A stretch of DNA of 64,000 nt, taken from IMG/VR virus record IMGVR_UViG_3300021963_000057, positions 32,001 to 96,000 of that record. One strand, written 5' to 3'. Source of the DNA: a virus. The translations under genes and the position numbers were made by a program. Shown here one piece after another: positions 36,788-44,701 of this stretch. Numbering within the stretch: the first letter of the stretch is position 1; each line of letters opens with the position of its first letter. The notes under the pieces were generated by a model. That model ran no database searches. It was not told the origin of the DNA and saw only the letters and a list, made by a program, of their open reading frames with translations.

Positions 36788-36943
36788 AGGTTAGTTACAG
36801 CATTATTCATTAATACTGGACTGTTAGGTAACTATGGTAAATGCTGGAGGTTTCGACCTTTGAAGGTGTTTATTGAAATAGTCCTAACAAAGGTGAGTTT
36901 CGATTTTCTCACTGTAAACAAAAAGTAGAAAGCTAACCTGTTG
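36788..36943 (+). ncRNA. Y-RNA-like scaffold element 4
   Basis: AGGTTAG-TTA-CAGCA...CTAACCT-GTTG; internal TGTTAGG/CCTAACA stem and T-loop-like hairpins. Confidence 0.65.
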
Positions 36944-36948
36944 TTTTT

Positions 36949-37068
36949 AGAATACTCACAGCAAACAATTTTTCCGCTTATAACGGAGAGGTTACAGGTT
37001 CGAATCCTGTTTTACGCTTCATGCGTGAATAGCACAATTGGTAGTGCGCTAAAAAATGTATTCTGTTG
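36949..37068 (+). ncRNA. Y-RNA-like scaffold element 5 (circularly permuted tRNA, TAT loop)
   Basis: AGAATAC/GTATTCT scaffold enclosing anticodon arm, T arm, loop-closed acceptor stem and D arm. Confidence 0.75.
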
Positions 37069-37089
37069 TTTTTTTATGAGGAGTAAGTT

Positions 37090-38517
37090 ATGTCAACTTT
37101 TGTAGATGCCGTTGTTAATCAAGATGCCCGTACCGCAAACGGTATGAAGGCTCGTAAGTCCACTGCTAATGCAGTTGTAGATTTGTTCTACAATGCAGGT
37201 GCTTCACGTGGTAAAAACATTGTGCCTGCTTTTGCAGCTGCAATGGCAGAAAACCGTGAACTCGCTTTGCGTGTTGCTGCTTGGTTGCGTGATGCTCGTG
37301 GTGGTGCCGGTGAACGTGAATCGTTCCGTACTATCTTGCGTTATTTGGAAAAGAATGACGTAGAAGCCGCAAAAGCATTGTTGACAAAGGTTCCTGAATT
37401 GGGCCGTTGGGACGACATTTTTGTATTTGATTCTGACGTTATGAAGTCAGCAGCATTCACTATGTTGGGTGATGCGCTTCGTGCGAAGAATGGATTAGCT
37501 GCAAAGTGGACTCCTCGCCAAGGTAAACTAGCGGCTGAAATCCGTCAGTTCTTTGGTATGTCCCCAAAGTTTTACCGTAAGTCTTTGGTTGAAATGACCA
37601 AAGTAGTTGAAACTCAAATGTGTGCGAAAGATTGGGATTCCATTAATTTCTCACACGTACCTTCCGTAGCGGCATCCCGTTACAAGAAGGCTTTTAATCG
37701 TAACACTCCAACTTATGCAGCTTATGTTGCTTCGTTGGTTAAGGGTGATAACCCTGAAGTTAAGGTTAATGCAGGTGCTGTGTTCCCATACGATGTGCTG
37801 AAAGGCCGTATCGGTGGTTACATTAAATTCGACAAGACCGAATTGGACTTGGTGCAAAAACAATGGGAGGCTTTGCCTAACTTTGTTGGTGACGCAAACA
37901 TTCTACCTTTGGTGGATGTTTCAGGTTCAATGACCTGCGCTGCAGGTGGTTATGGTTCCAAATCAGGTCTAACCTGTTTGGAAGTAGCAGTCTCTTTGGG
38001 ACTATACTTGGCAGATAAGAATGAAGGCAAGTTCAAGGACACCTTCCTAACTTTCTCTGACAAACCAGAATTGTTGCACTTGAAAGGTAACATTAACCAA
38101 AAGATTGACCAAATGGTTAAATCTGATTGGGGTATGTCTACTAACCTACACAAGGCGTTTGAAAGAATCCTTGATGTAGCAGTAAAAGGTGGCGTGCCAC
38201 AAGAAGAAATGCCAGCGATGGTATTGATTCTGTCAGACATGCAATTTAACGCTTGCGTTAGACATGATGACTCTGCTATGCAGATGATTGCACGTAAGTA
38301 CAAAGAAGCAGGATATGATTTGCCAAAAGTTGTATTCTGGAACTTGAATGCCGCATACGGCAACGCTCCAGTAAAGTTCGATACTTCTGGTACTGCATTG
38401 GTATCTGGTTTCTCACCAGCAGTCGTAAAACCACTGTTGGCTGGTGACCTAGAAACCTTTACACCAGAATCTGTGATGCTTAAAACCATCATGGATGACC
38501 GTTACAAAGTATTGTGA
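37090..38517 (+). CDS. TROVE/Ro60-related protein (DUF2828-like helical domain plus vWA)
   Basis: WLRDARGGAGER, GRWDD, AAKW.PR; MIDAS DVSGSM...TFS...LSDMQF. Confidence 0.75.
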   Translation: MSTFVDAVVNQDARTANGMKARKSTANAVVDLFYNAGASRGKNIVPAFAAAMAENRELALRVAAWLRDARGGAGERESFRTILRYLEKNDVEAAKALLTKVPELGRWDDIFVFDSDVMKSAAFTMLGDALRAKNGLAAKWTPRQGKLAAEIRQFFGMSPKFYRKSLVEMTKVVETQMCAKDWDSINFSHVPSVAASRYKKAFNRNTPTYAAYVASLVKGDNPEVKVNAGAVFPYDVLKGRIGGYIKFDKTELDLVQKQWEALPNFVGDANILPLVDVSGSMTCAAGGYGSKSGLTCLEVAVSLGLYLADKNEGKFKDTFLTFSDKPELLHLKGNINQKIDQMVKSDWGMSTNLHKAFERILDVAVKGGVPQEEMPAMVLILSDMQFNACVRHDDSAMQMIARKYKEAGYDLPKVVFWNLNAAYGNAPVKFDTSGTALVSGFSPAVVKPLLAGDLETFTPESVMLKTIMDDRYKVL

Positions 38518-38521
38518 TGGT

Positions 38522-38548
38522 ATGGGGACTCGAAAGAGTCCTCATTTT
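38522..38548 (+). terminator. terminator after TROVE-like gene
   Basis: ATGGGGACTC-GAAA-GAGTCCTCAT-TTT. Confidence 0.7.
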
Positions 38549-38625
38549 AAAACACACTGCCGAAGTTGGTTCGGTTAGGCAGGCTGCATCCAACAAGCCA
38601 TGTCCGTGAGTGTGTTTTAAAATGA
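38542..38625 (+). ncRNA. structured element with AAACACACT/AGTGTGTTT closing stem, copy 2
   Basis: perfect 17-bp terminal stem. Confidence 0.45.
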
Positions 38626-38642
38626 TGTATATATAGATATAT

Positions 38643-38716
38643 GCGGGATTAGTTTAATGGCAAAACTAGAGATTTCCAATCTTTCGTCATCAGTTCGATT
38701 CTGATATCCCGCTCCA
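38643..38716 (+). tRNA. tRNA-Gly(TCC)
   Basis: cloverleaf, U73. Confidence 0.9.
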
Positions 38717-38722
38717 TTTAAT

Positions 38723-38792
38723 GCGGCAAACGTAATAACATCACAGGAATGCCCTTCTTGTGACGGCTGTGGAAATCAGTCTTGCCGCTCCA
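38723..38792 (+). ncRNA. D-armless tRNA-like RNA with Gly-type acceptor
   Basis: GCGGCAA/TTGCCGC-T-CCA, 8-bp central stem, T-like arm with loop TGGAAAT. Confidence 0.55.
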
Positions 38793-38805
38793 CTTTGAGG
38801 ACACT

Positions 38806-39051
38806 ATGAATATTAAACCATTGCACGATAAAGTATTGATTGAACGGCTTGAGAACATCAAAGAGACCGCTTCAGGTATCATCCTAAGACACTCCGAAGA
38901 ACCTGATAGAGCAAGAGTACTTGCAGTTGGTCCATTAGTTACTGAGGTGCAGGTTGGTGATGTAGTTCAACCAGATTGGGGTAAAGCTGCAGCAGTGCAA
39001 GAATATTTCGTAGTGAAGATTGAAGATATTGCTTATATCTACGGAGAGTAA
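38806..39051 (+). CDS. GroES-like co-chaperonin
   Basis: IKPLHDKVLI, TASGIIL, VLAVGP..V.VGD.V. Confidence 0.88.
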   Translation: MNIKPLHDKVLIERLENIKETASGIILRHSEEPDRARVLAVGPLVTEVQVGDVVQPDWGKAAAVQEYFVVKIEDIAYIYGE

Positions 39052-39053
39052 AA

Positions 39054-39152
39054 ATGGAAATAGGAATTTTACTGTTAGGTGTGTCGTTTAGTTTAGGAAC
39101 GATTGGTGCTTTGGCAATTTATATCTCATACATACTCAATTCCGGAGAGTAA
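39054..39152 (+). CDS. 32-aa single-TM peptide (not in ORF track)
   Basis: GGAG SD; flanked by 15-nt direct repeat. Confidence 0.45.
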   Translation: MEIGILLLGVSFSLGTIGALAIYISYILNSGE

Positions 39153-39154
39153 AA

Positions 39155-39382
39155 ATGTCAGATGGTGGTAAAGGTTCTAGTCCAAGACCGTTCAGTGTTT
39201 CACAAGAAACATTTGGTAATAACTACGACAATATTTTTAGAAAACCATCACAAAAAGAAGTAGAACAAGATAAGTACGAACAAGAAGAATTCGATAGAAT
39301 CTTAGAAGAAAATCGTTTACGTCAAAAGGCTTTAGAAGCCATGGTCCATGAAAATGAAAGATTGGGCTTATACAAAGATTGA
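39155..39382 (+). CDS. conserved small phage protein
   Basis: MSDGGKGS.PRP start, SD present. Confidence 0.65.
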   Translation: MSDGGKGSSPRPFSVSQETFGNNYDNIFRKPSQKEVEQDKYEQEEFDRILEENRLRQKALEAMVHENERLGLYKD

Positions 39383-39455
39383 TGCGGATTGGTGAAATAG
39401 TATCACAGTGGGCTCATAATCCTCAGTTCCGGTGCAACTCCGTGGTCCGCAACCA
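39383..39455 (+). tRNA. tRNA-Met(CAT), initiator-like, divergent
   Basis: GGG-CTCATAA-TCC anticodon arm, AACCA end, atypical T loop. Confidence 0.65.
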
Positions 39456-40229
39456 CTAATCTTTATACACTTCATATATAAATTCCGCTTCAGGAATTCT
39501 AGTCTTAGTGTTCTTACTACCAAGAACCACAACAATTCTATCACCTTCACTTGTATCTAATAGAAGGGTGATACATCCACCCGATTCATTTATAAATCCA
39601 GTTTTACTAACTATGATATTTTGGTAATGACCAATCATAGGGTTTGTATTGCGGAAAACAAACCATTTTTTCTTCACTTGTATTTTTATTTCAGACCTAC
39701 GGCTAGCATAGACAATACTTTCATATTCAGCCGCTGCCTTTGTTAATGTTATAAGTTCTCTTGCCGTACTAACATTTCTTTCATCCAGACCAGTTGGTTC
39801 ATATACTATGGATTTTTCCATGTTTAATTTCTTCAACTTGTCATTCATTGCCTTTACACAGGCCGTCATACCACCAGGATAATTTTCACATAAAGTATAC
39901 GCAGCTCTGTTGTTGCTATGTACTATTGTCATCAAAATTAAATTTGACCTACTCACTAATTGGTTCTTTACTGGTAACCTATCACGCAATTTTGTAGTCA
40001 TTGTCAACATTTGGTTCATATCAGGTTTTGTGTCCATCACAACCATAACAGTTAACAATTTTGTTATACTAGCGATTGACCTAACCTTATCAACATCTTC
40101 GCCATCTATTATGGTACCATTTAAATCCGACACAAGCCAGGATTTGGCCGTAAAGAATCCTGCTTGGACTGTTTGTTGGCCAAGAAGTAAGGTAAAAAAT
40201 AACAGTATAGTAAAAATTCTATATAACAA
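39456..40229 (-). CDS. serine D,D-peptidase, family S11 (PBP7-like)
   Basis: signal peptide, SITK (SxxK), SNN (SxN), KTG. Confidence 0.88.
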   Translation of the reverse strand: MLYRIFTILLFFTLLLGQQTVQAGFFTAKSWLVSDLNGTIIDGEDVDKVRSIASITKLLTVMVVMDTKPDMNQMLTMTTKLRDRLPVKNQLVSRSNLILMTIVHSNNRAAYTLCENYPGGMTACVKAMNDKLKKLNMEKSIVYEPTGLDERNVSTARELITLTKAAAEYESIVYASRRSEIKIQVKKKWFVFRNTNPMIGHYQNIIVSKTGFINESGGCITLLLDTSEGDRIVVVLGSKNTKTRIPEAEFIYEVYKD

Positions 40230-40254
40230 TCGAATGCTCCGTAGGGATTATACA

Positions 40255-40533
40255 TCATGGTGCCTCCACCCTAGATTTACATGCTCTAGCATTGTTTATG
40301 GAAGTCGTATGTACAACTTTATTTCCACCTCTTGTTGATGGACATTTATATTCACACACTTGTAATCCTTTCGAATCGGTAAAAGTTCTGTCCAGTTTAC
40401 AGTATTCGGAACTTTGATAAGTGCTTTTTGTATATATGACAGCATCCGGCATCAAATTTATATTGATGGTCGGATGTGTAACAATTAATGTGGCACTAGT
40501 TGTCAACAATGTGAATAGAAGTTTATTTTTCAT
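40255..40533 (-). CDS. small secreted Cys-containing protein
   Basis: signal-like N-terminus, 4 Cys. Confidence 0.5.
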   Translation of the reverse strand: MKNKLLFTLLTTSATLIVTHPTININLMPDAVIYTKSTYQSSEYCKLDRTFTDSKGLQVCEYKCPSTRGGNKVVHTTSINNARACKSRVEAP

Positions 40534-40793
40534 TTGTTAAAAAAGTCCATGAAAAATTTAAAGAAACGCATTTTTTCGGCATCAAAGTCGTGCGTCAAAT
40601 CTTCAATTTGTTTATTCTTCCGATCCAATTCTTCTTTAATATCAATATACAAATAATAAGCAACTAATGAAAAACATAAACTAAATGTAACAATTACAAT
40701 AATTATGTTTATGAAATCTACCAGTAAAATAATAAAAACTGGTGAGAGCAGTAGACCAGCAACTATGAGTGCTGATTGGTAATTTGTTTTCAT
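40530..40793 (-). CDS. membrane protein
   Basis: two TM segments, coupled ORF. Confidence 0.55.
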   Translation of the reverse strand: MKTNYQSALIVAGLLLSPVFIILLVDFINIIIVIVTFSLCFSLVAYYLYIDIKEELDRKNKQIEDLTHDFDAEKMRFFKFFMDFFNK

Positions 40794-40930
40794 CTTTTAG
40801 TATACCACCAAACAAATGTTAGTACACCAGCACCAGCCAATAACAGTAAAAGATAAAAGAATAATAAAAATTTAGCTAATCCTAAGTCATCAAATACCCA
40901 TTCTAAAAATGTGTATCTATTGTTTTTCAT
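40790..40930 (-). CDS. small TM protein (46 aa; not in ORF track)
   Basis: fills gap with ATGA overlaps at both ends. Confidence 0.5.
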   Translation of the reverse strand: MKNNRYTFLEWVFDDLGLAKFLLFFYLLLLLAGAGVLTFVWWYTKR

Positions 40931-41757
40931 TCTTGATTTGTTATTAACCTCTTATTACTTTCGTAGTTTTGTTCATCCAGATATCTTATTGCATCTTTAA
41001 TTTTTTGAGCTTCATATCTTTTTTGTTTCTCCAATTCATTTCGATAGGTTCCACTCCATAATTCTGGATGTCTTTCTCTTGAATCATAGTATAACCAAGT
41101 CCAAAATAAACCCATGAAAACAAACAAAATAAGAAATGCACCAATCATACCAAATTCCATCTTATAGTGTTCAATTCTTTGTGCTCTTCTTTTTGCTTTT
41201 TTGGCTTCTTCTTCCATTTGTTTAGCAACAAGAATTTTTTGTTGAGCACCCAACTCCTTTGTCATATTCTCAACATCAGTATACAAAGCACCAAGTTCAG
41301 GTGGACTTTGATATATCATTAGTTCACGCAATTCTGTACCCATTTGTTCTAATTGTTTTTTCATTAGAACACGTTGCAAAGCACGTTTTGCTAAACTGTC
41401 GCCACCGGTATAGACTTCGGTTTTACTACGCTTTTCTTCTTGTTCTAATACTGCCAAACATTTGTAGTAATTGTCATAATATTGCCCAAGGTAATCACCT
41501 ATCTCTGTATAAATATTGGTGCTTTCTTCGCTACGTTTATTCAATTCTTTAATACGTGTTTTTTCTTCCTGTAACTGTTTCGCAGCTGCAGGAGGTACAG
41601 GTTTACCTTCATATTTTTTGTGGAACTGGTCGTCCAAATCCTTGAGGACTGCTTTAACATCCCCAGCGGCACCTTTAATATCTTTGTATAATTGACAACC
41701 TTTTTTGACAGCGGCAACTGCACCGTTGGCCAAGGCGAAAAGTGTGAACGGATCCAT
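40927..41757 (-). CDS. coiled-coil membrane-anchored protein
   Basis: MDPFTL.ALA..A start, C-proximal TM. Confidence 0.65.
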   Translation of the reverse strand: MDPFTLFALANGAVAAVKKGCQLYKDIKGAAGDVKAVLKDLDDQFHKKYEGKPVPPAAAKQLQEEKTRIKELNKRSEESTNIYTEIGDYLGQYYDNYYKCLAVLEQEEKRSKTEVYTGGDSLAKRALQRVLMKKQLEQMGTELRELMIYQSPPELGALYTDVENMTKELGAQQKILVAKQMEEEAKKAKRRAQRIEHYKMEFGMIGAFLILFVFMGLFWTWLYYDSRERHPELWSGTYRNELEKQKRYEAQKIKDAIRYLDEQNYESNKRLITNQE

Positions 41758-41846
41758 TTTATACCATTTTTTCTATTGACAGCATACTAAAAAAATGATA
41801 TAATGTTTGATCCAAATCAACTATAATTATTTAGGACAGGACTATT

Positions 41847-42158
41847 ATGAAAATATATGCAATGAAATTAGTAACCGGTGAAGAACTCATTGGTGAAGTT
41901 GAATCGGAATATGCTGATGGAATGGTAATTAAAAACCCATTGGGTATTGCGATTGTACGTGGTAAAGATGGTCAACCAAACGTAGGTTTTGCACCATTTC
42001 CAATCCACGCAGAACAAAAATCAGACTCAACCATTGACTTGAGGCGTGAACATATTGTATACTACTATGTTCCAGCAGAAGATTTTGTTAAGAACTACGA
42101 CCAAATTTTTGGTGTAGGCATCATTCTTCCAGGTCAACAACAAATTATTACAGGTTAA
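41847..42158 (+). CDS. conserved T4-like protein, possible Sm-like fold
   Basis: MKLVTGEELIG; directly upstream of gp43. Confidence 0.6.
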   Translation: MKIYAMKLVTGEELIGEVESEYADGMVIKNPLGIAIVRGKDGQPNVGFAPFPIHAEQKSDSTIDLRREHIVYYYVPAEDFVKNYDQIFGVGIILPGQQQIITG

Positions 42159-44701
42159 TGTCAACTTTTTACACAAATGTTCAATCTCTAGGTGGTAGAA
42201 TTCTTTACCGTGGTGTCAAAGACGGTAAAAAAATCAAACTAAAGATTGATTATGAACCACAGTTGTATCTTCCTGCACGTAGTGGCAAAGGTACACACAA
42301 ATCACTTGATGGTTTAGACCTTGTTCCAAAACGATTTGATGGCATTCGTGAAGCCAGAGAATACGTCAAACAATATGATGGTCTTCCAGGTGCACCAAAA
42401 ATCTATGGTAATACCAGATTTGAATATGCATTTATCGCCGAACAACATCCAGATATGGTTGATTGGGAACAAGATAAAATCAGCATTGCAATTATCGACA
42501 TTGAGGTTGGTTCGGAAAATGGTTTCCCTGATCCATATCTTGCAAATGAACCTATCACCGCCATCGCATTGACATTCTTAAATGGCCACACCTATGTGTT
42601 TGGTTGTGGTGATTTTCGTAATGACAATCCAGATACAGTAACATACATTAAATGTAAAGATGAATACAGTCTTTGCAATAAGTTTCTTGAGTTGTGGTCT
42701 AGAATGTATCCAGATGTTATCACTGGCTGGAACACCAAGTTCTTTGATATACCATATCTTGTCAATCGTTTTCGCAAGATTCTTGGTGAAGATAAGGCCA
42801 AGATGTTATCACCATGGAACTATATCAGTGAACGTAAAACCAATATCAATGGTCGTTTGTTGATTGCATACAGTTTTGTTGGTATCGAATCACTCGACTA
42901 CATTGAACTATACAAATGGTATGCGCCAGGTGGTAAGTCACAAGAATCTTATCGTTTGGATAATATTGCACAAGTGGAACTTGGTGAAGGCAAGATTTCT
43001 TATGATGAGTATGAAAACTTACACCAACTTTACCGATTGAATTATCAACTGTTTATTGAATACAACATTAAAGACGTTGCGTTGATTATCAAACTTGAAG
43101 ATAAATTGAAGTTATTGGAACTGGCCTTAACTCTTGCATATGATACCAAGTGTAACTATGAAGATGTATTTGCACAGACACGTATGTGGGATTCTCTGAC
43201 ATATTCCTATTTGCTGGGTAAAGACATTATTGTTCCACCAAAAGAAGTGCAAGACAAAGATGCTGCGTTCGAAGGTGCATATGTCAAAGAACCACAAGTT
43301 GGTCTACACAATTGGGTTGCATCGTTTGACTTGAACAGTTTGTATCCACACTTGATGATGCAATATAACATTTCACCAGAAACGTTGATTGAACCGGAAA
43401 ACTACACACAAGAAATGCGTGACATTCTTTCACAAGGTGTTACTGTTGATAAACTCTTGAAAAGACAAATTGACATGTCAAGTTTAGAAGGTGCCACATT
43501 AACACCTAATGGTCAATTCTTTCGTACAGACATGCAAGGTTTCTTACCTAAGATGATGGTCGAAATGTATGATGACCGTAAGAAATTCAAAAAGATGATG
43601 TTGCAGGCACAACAAGAGTATGAAAATGAGAAAGATGAATCTAAAAAATATGAAATCGAAAAACGAGTTGCAAGATATAACAACCTACAACTTGCAAAGA
43701 AGGTTTCTCTTAACTCTGCTTATGGTGCTCTTGGTAGCCAGTATTTCCGCTTTTATGATTTACGAATGGCTCTTGGCGTCACTACTGCTGGCCAGTTGTC
43801 TATTCGGTGGATTGAAGCTAAGATAAATCAATATATGAACAAACTTCTCGGTACAGAAAATGATTATGTTATTGCTTCTGATACCGATTCTATCTATCTC
43901 CGTATGAGTGAGTTGATGGATAAGTTTGTTAAAGACCAAACAGATAAACAGAAAGTCATTTCTGTCATGGATAAAATCTGTGAAGAAAAGATTCAACCAT
44001 ATATCGACAAGTCATACCAAGAGTTGGCCGATTATGTCCACGCATATGCACAGAAGATGCAAATGAAACGTGAAGGTCTTTCCGACAAAGGTGTATGGAC
44101 TGCCAAGAAACGTTATATTCTAAATGTGTATAACAACGAAGGTGTTCAGTATGCCGAACCACACATGAAAGTGATGGGTTTGGAAATGATTAAGTCTTCC
44201 ACACCATCTGCTATCCGTGAGAAGATGAAGGCTGCCATCAAGTTGATGATGACCGGTACAGAACAACAAGTACAAGACTTTATTGCCAACTTCAGGAAAG
44301 AATTTAGAACATTGCCTGCGGAAGAAATATCTTTTCCACGTGGTCTAAATGGGCTAAATACTTATTCCGATCCAGTGATGTTGTTCAAAAAAGGAACACC
44401 TATTCATGTTCGTGGTGCAATCGTATACAACCACAATCTAAAACAACTAGGTCTAACTAAGAAATATCCACTTATTCAAGAGGGTGAAAAACTTAAATTT
44501 ACCTATCTGAAAATGCCAAATCATTTTAAGAATGATGTGGTTTCTTTCCCTGGTAGAATACCTAAAGAATTCGAACTTGACAACTATATTGATTATGATG
44601 TACAATTCGACAAAGCGTTTCTGGAACCAATTGGTGTTATTTTAAAGTGTATGAATTGGTCTGCGGAAAAAACTAATTCTTTAGAGGACTTTTTCGGATG
44701 A
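42158..44701 (+). CDS. gp43: family B DNA polymerase
   Basis: DIEV exonuclease, SFDLNSLYP, LNSAYG, SDTDS. Confidence 0.98.
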   Translation: MSTFYTNVQSLGGRILYRGVKDGKKIKLKIDYEPQLYLPARSGKGTHKSLDGLDLVPKRFDGIREAREYVKQYDGLPGAPKIYGNTRFEYAFIAEQHPDMVDWEQDKISIAIIDIEVGSENGFPDPYLANEPITAIALTFLNGHTYVFGCGDFRNDNPDTVTYIKCKDEYSLCNKFLELWSRMYPDVITGWNTKFFDIPYLVNRFRKILGEDKAKMLSPWNYISERKTNINGRLLIAYSFVGIESLDYIELYKWYAPGGKSQESYRLDNIAQVELGEGKISYDEYENLHQLYRLNYQLFIEYNIKDVALIIKLEDKLKLLELALTLAYDTKCNYEDVFAQTRMWDSLTYSYLLGKDIIVPPKEVQDKDAAFEGAYVKEPQVGLHNWVASFDLNSLYPHLMMQYNISPETLIEPENYTQEMRDILSQGVTVDKLLKRQIDMSSLEGATLTPNGQFFRTDMQGFLPKMMVEMYDDRKKFKKMMLQAQQEYENEKDESKKYEIEKRVARYNNLQLAKKVSLNSAYGALGSQYFRFYDLRMALGVTTAGQLSIRWIEAKINQYMNKLLGTENDYVIASDTDSIYLRMSELMDKFVKDQTDKQKVISVMDKICEEKIQPYIDKSYQELADYVHAYAQKMQMKREGLSDKGVWTAKKRYILNVYNNEGVQYAEPHMKVMGLEMIKSSTPSAIREKMKAAIKLMMTGTEQQVQDFIANFRKEFRTLPAEEISFPRGLNGLNTYSDPVMLFKKGTPIHVRGAIVYNHNLKQLGLTKKYPLIQEGEKLKFTYLKMPNHFKNDVVSFPGRIPKEFELDNYIDYDVQFDKAFLEPIGVILKCMNWSAEKTNSLEDFFG

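Noticed and set aside
33494-37068. Repeats as a CRISPR array
   Set aside because: Dispersed, variable length, covarying stems, no regular repeat-spacer period and no cas genes in the window.
37950-38492. Long antisense ORFs (also 13461..14003, 11679..12128, 45682..46224)
   Set aside because: Mirror frames of strongly biased sense genes, without SD or recognisable motifs.
38723-39455. tmRNA (one- or two-piece)
   Set aside because: No Ala G3:U70 acceptor and no tag reading frame; the interval holds ordinary ORFs.
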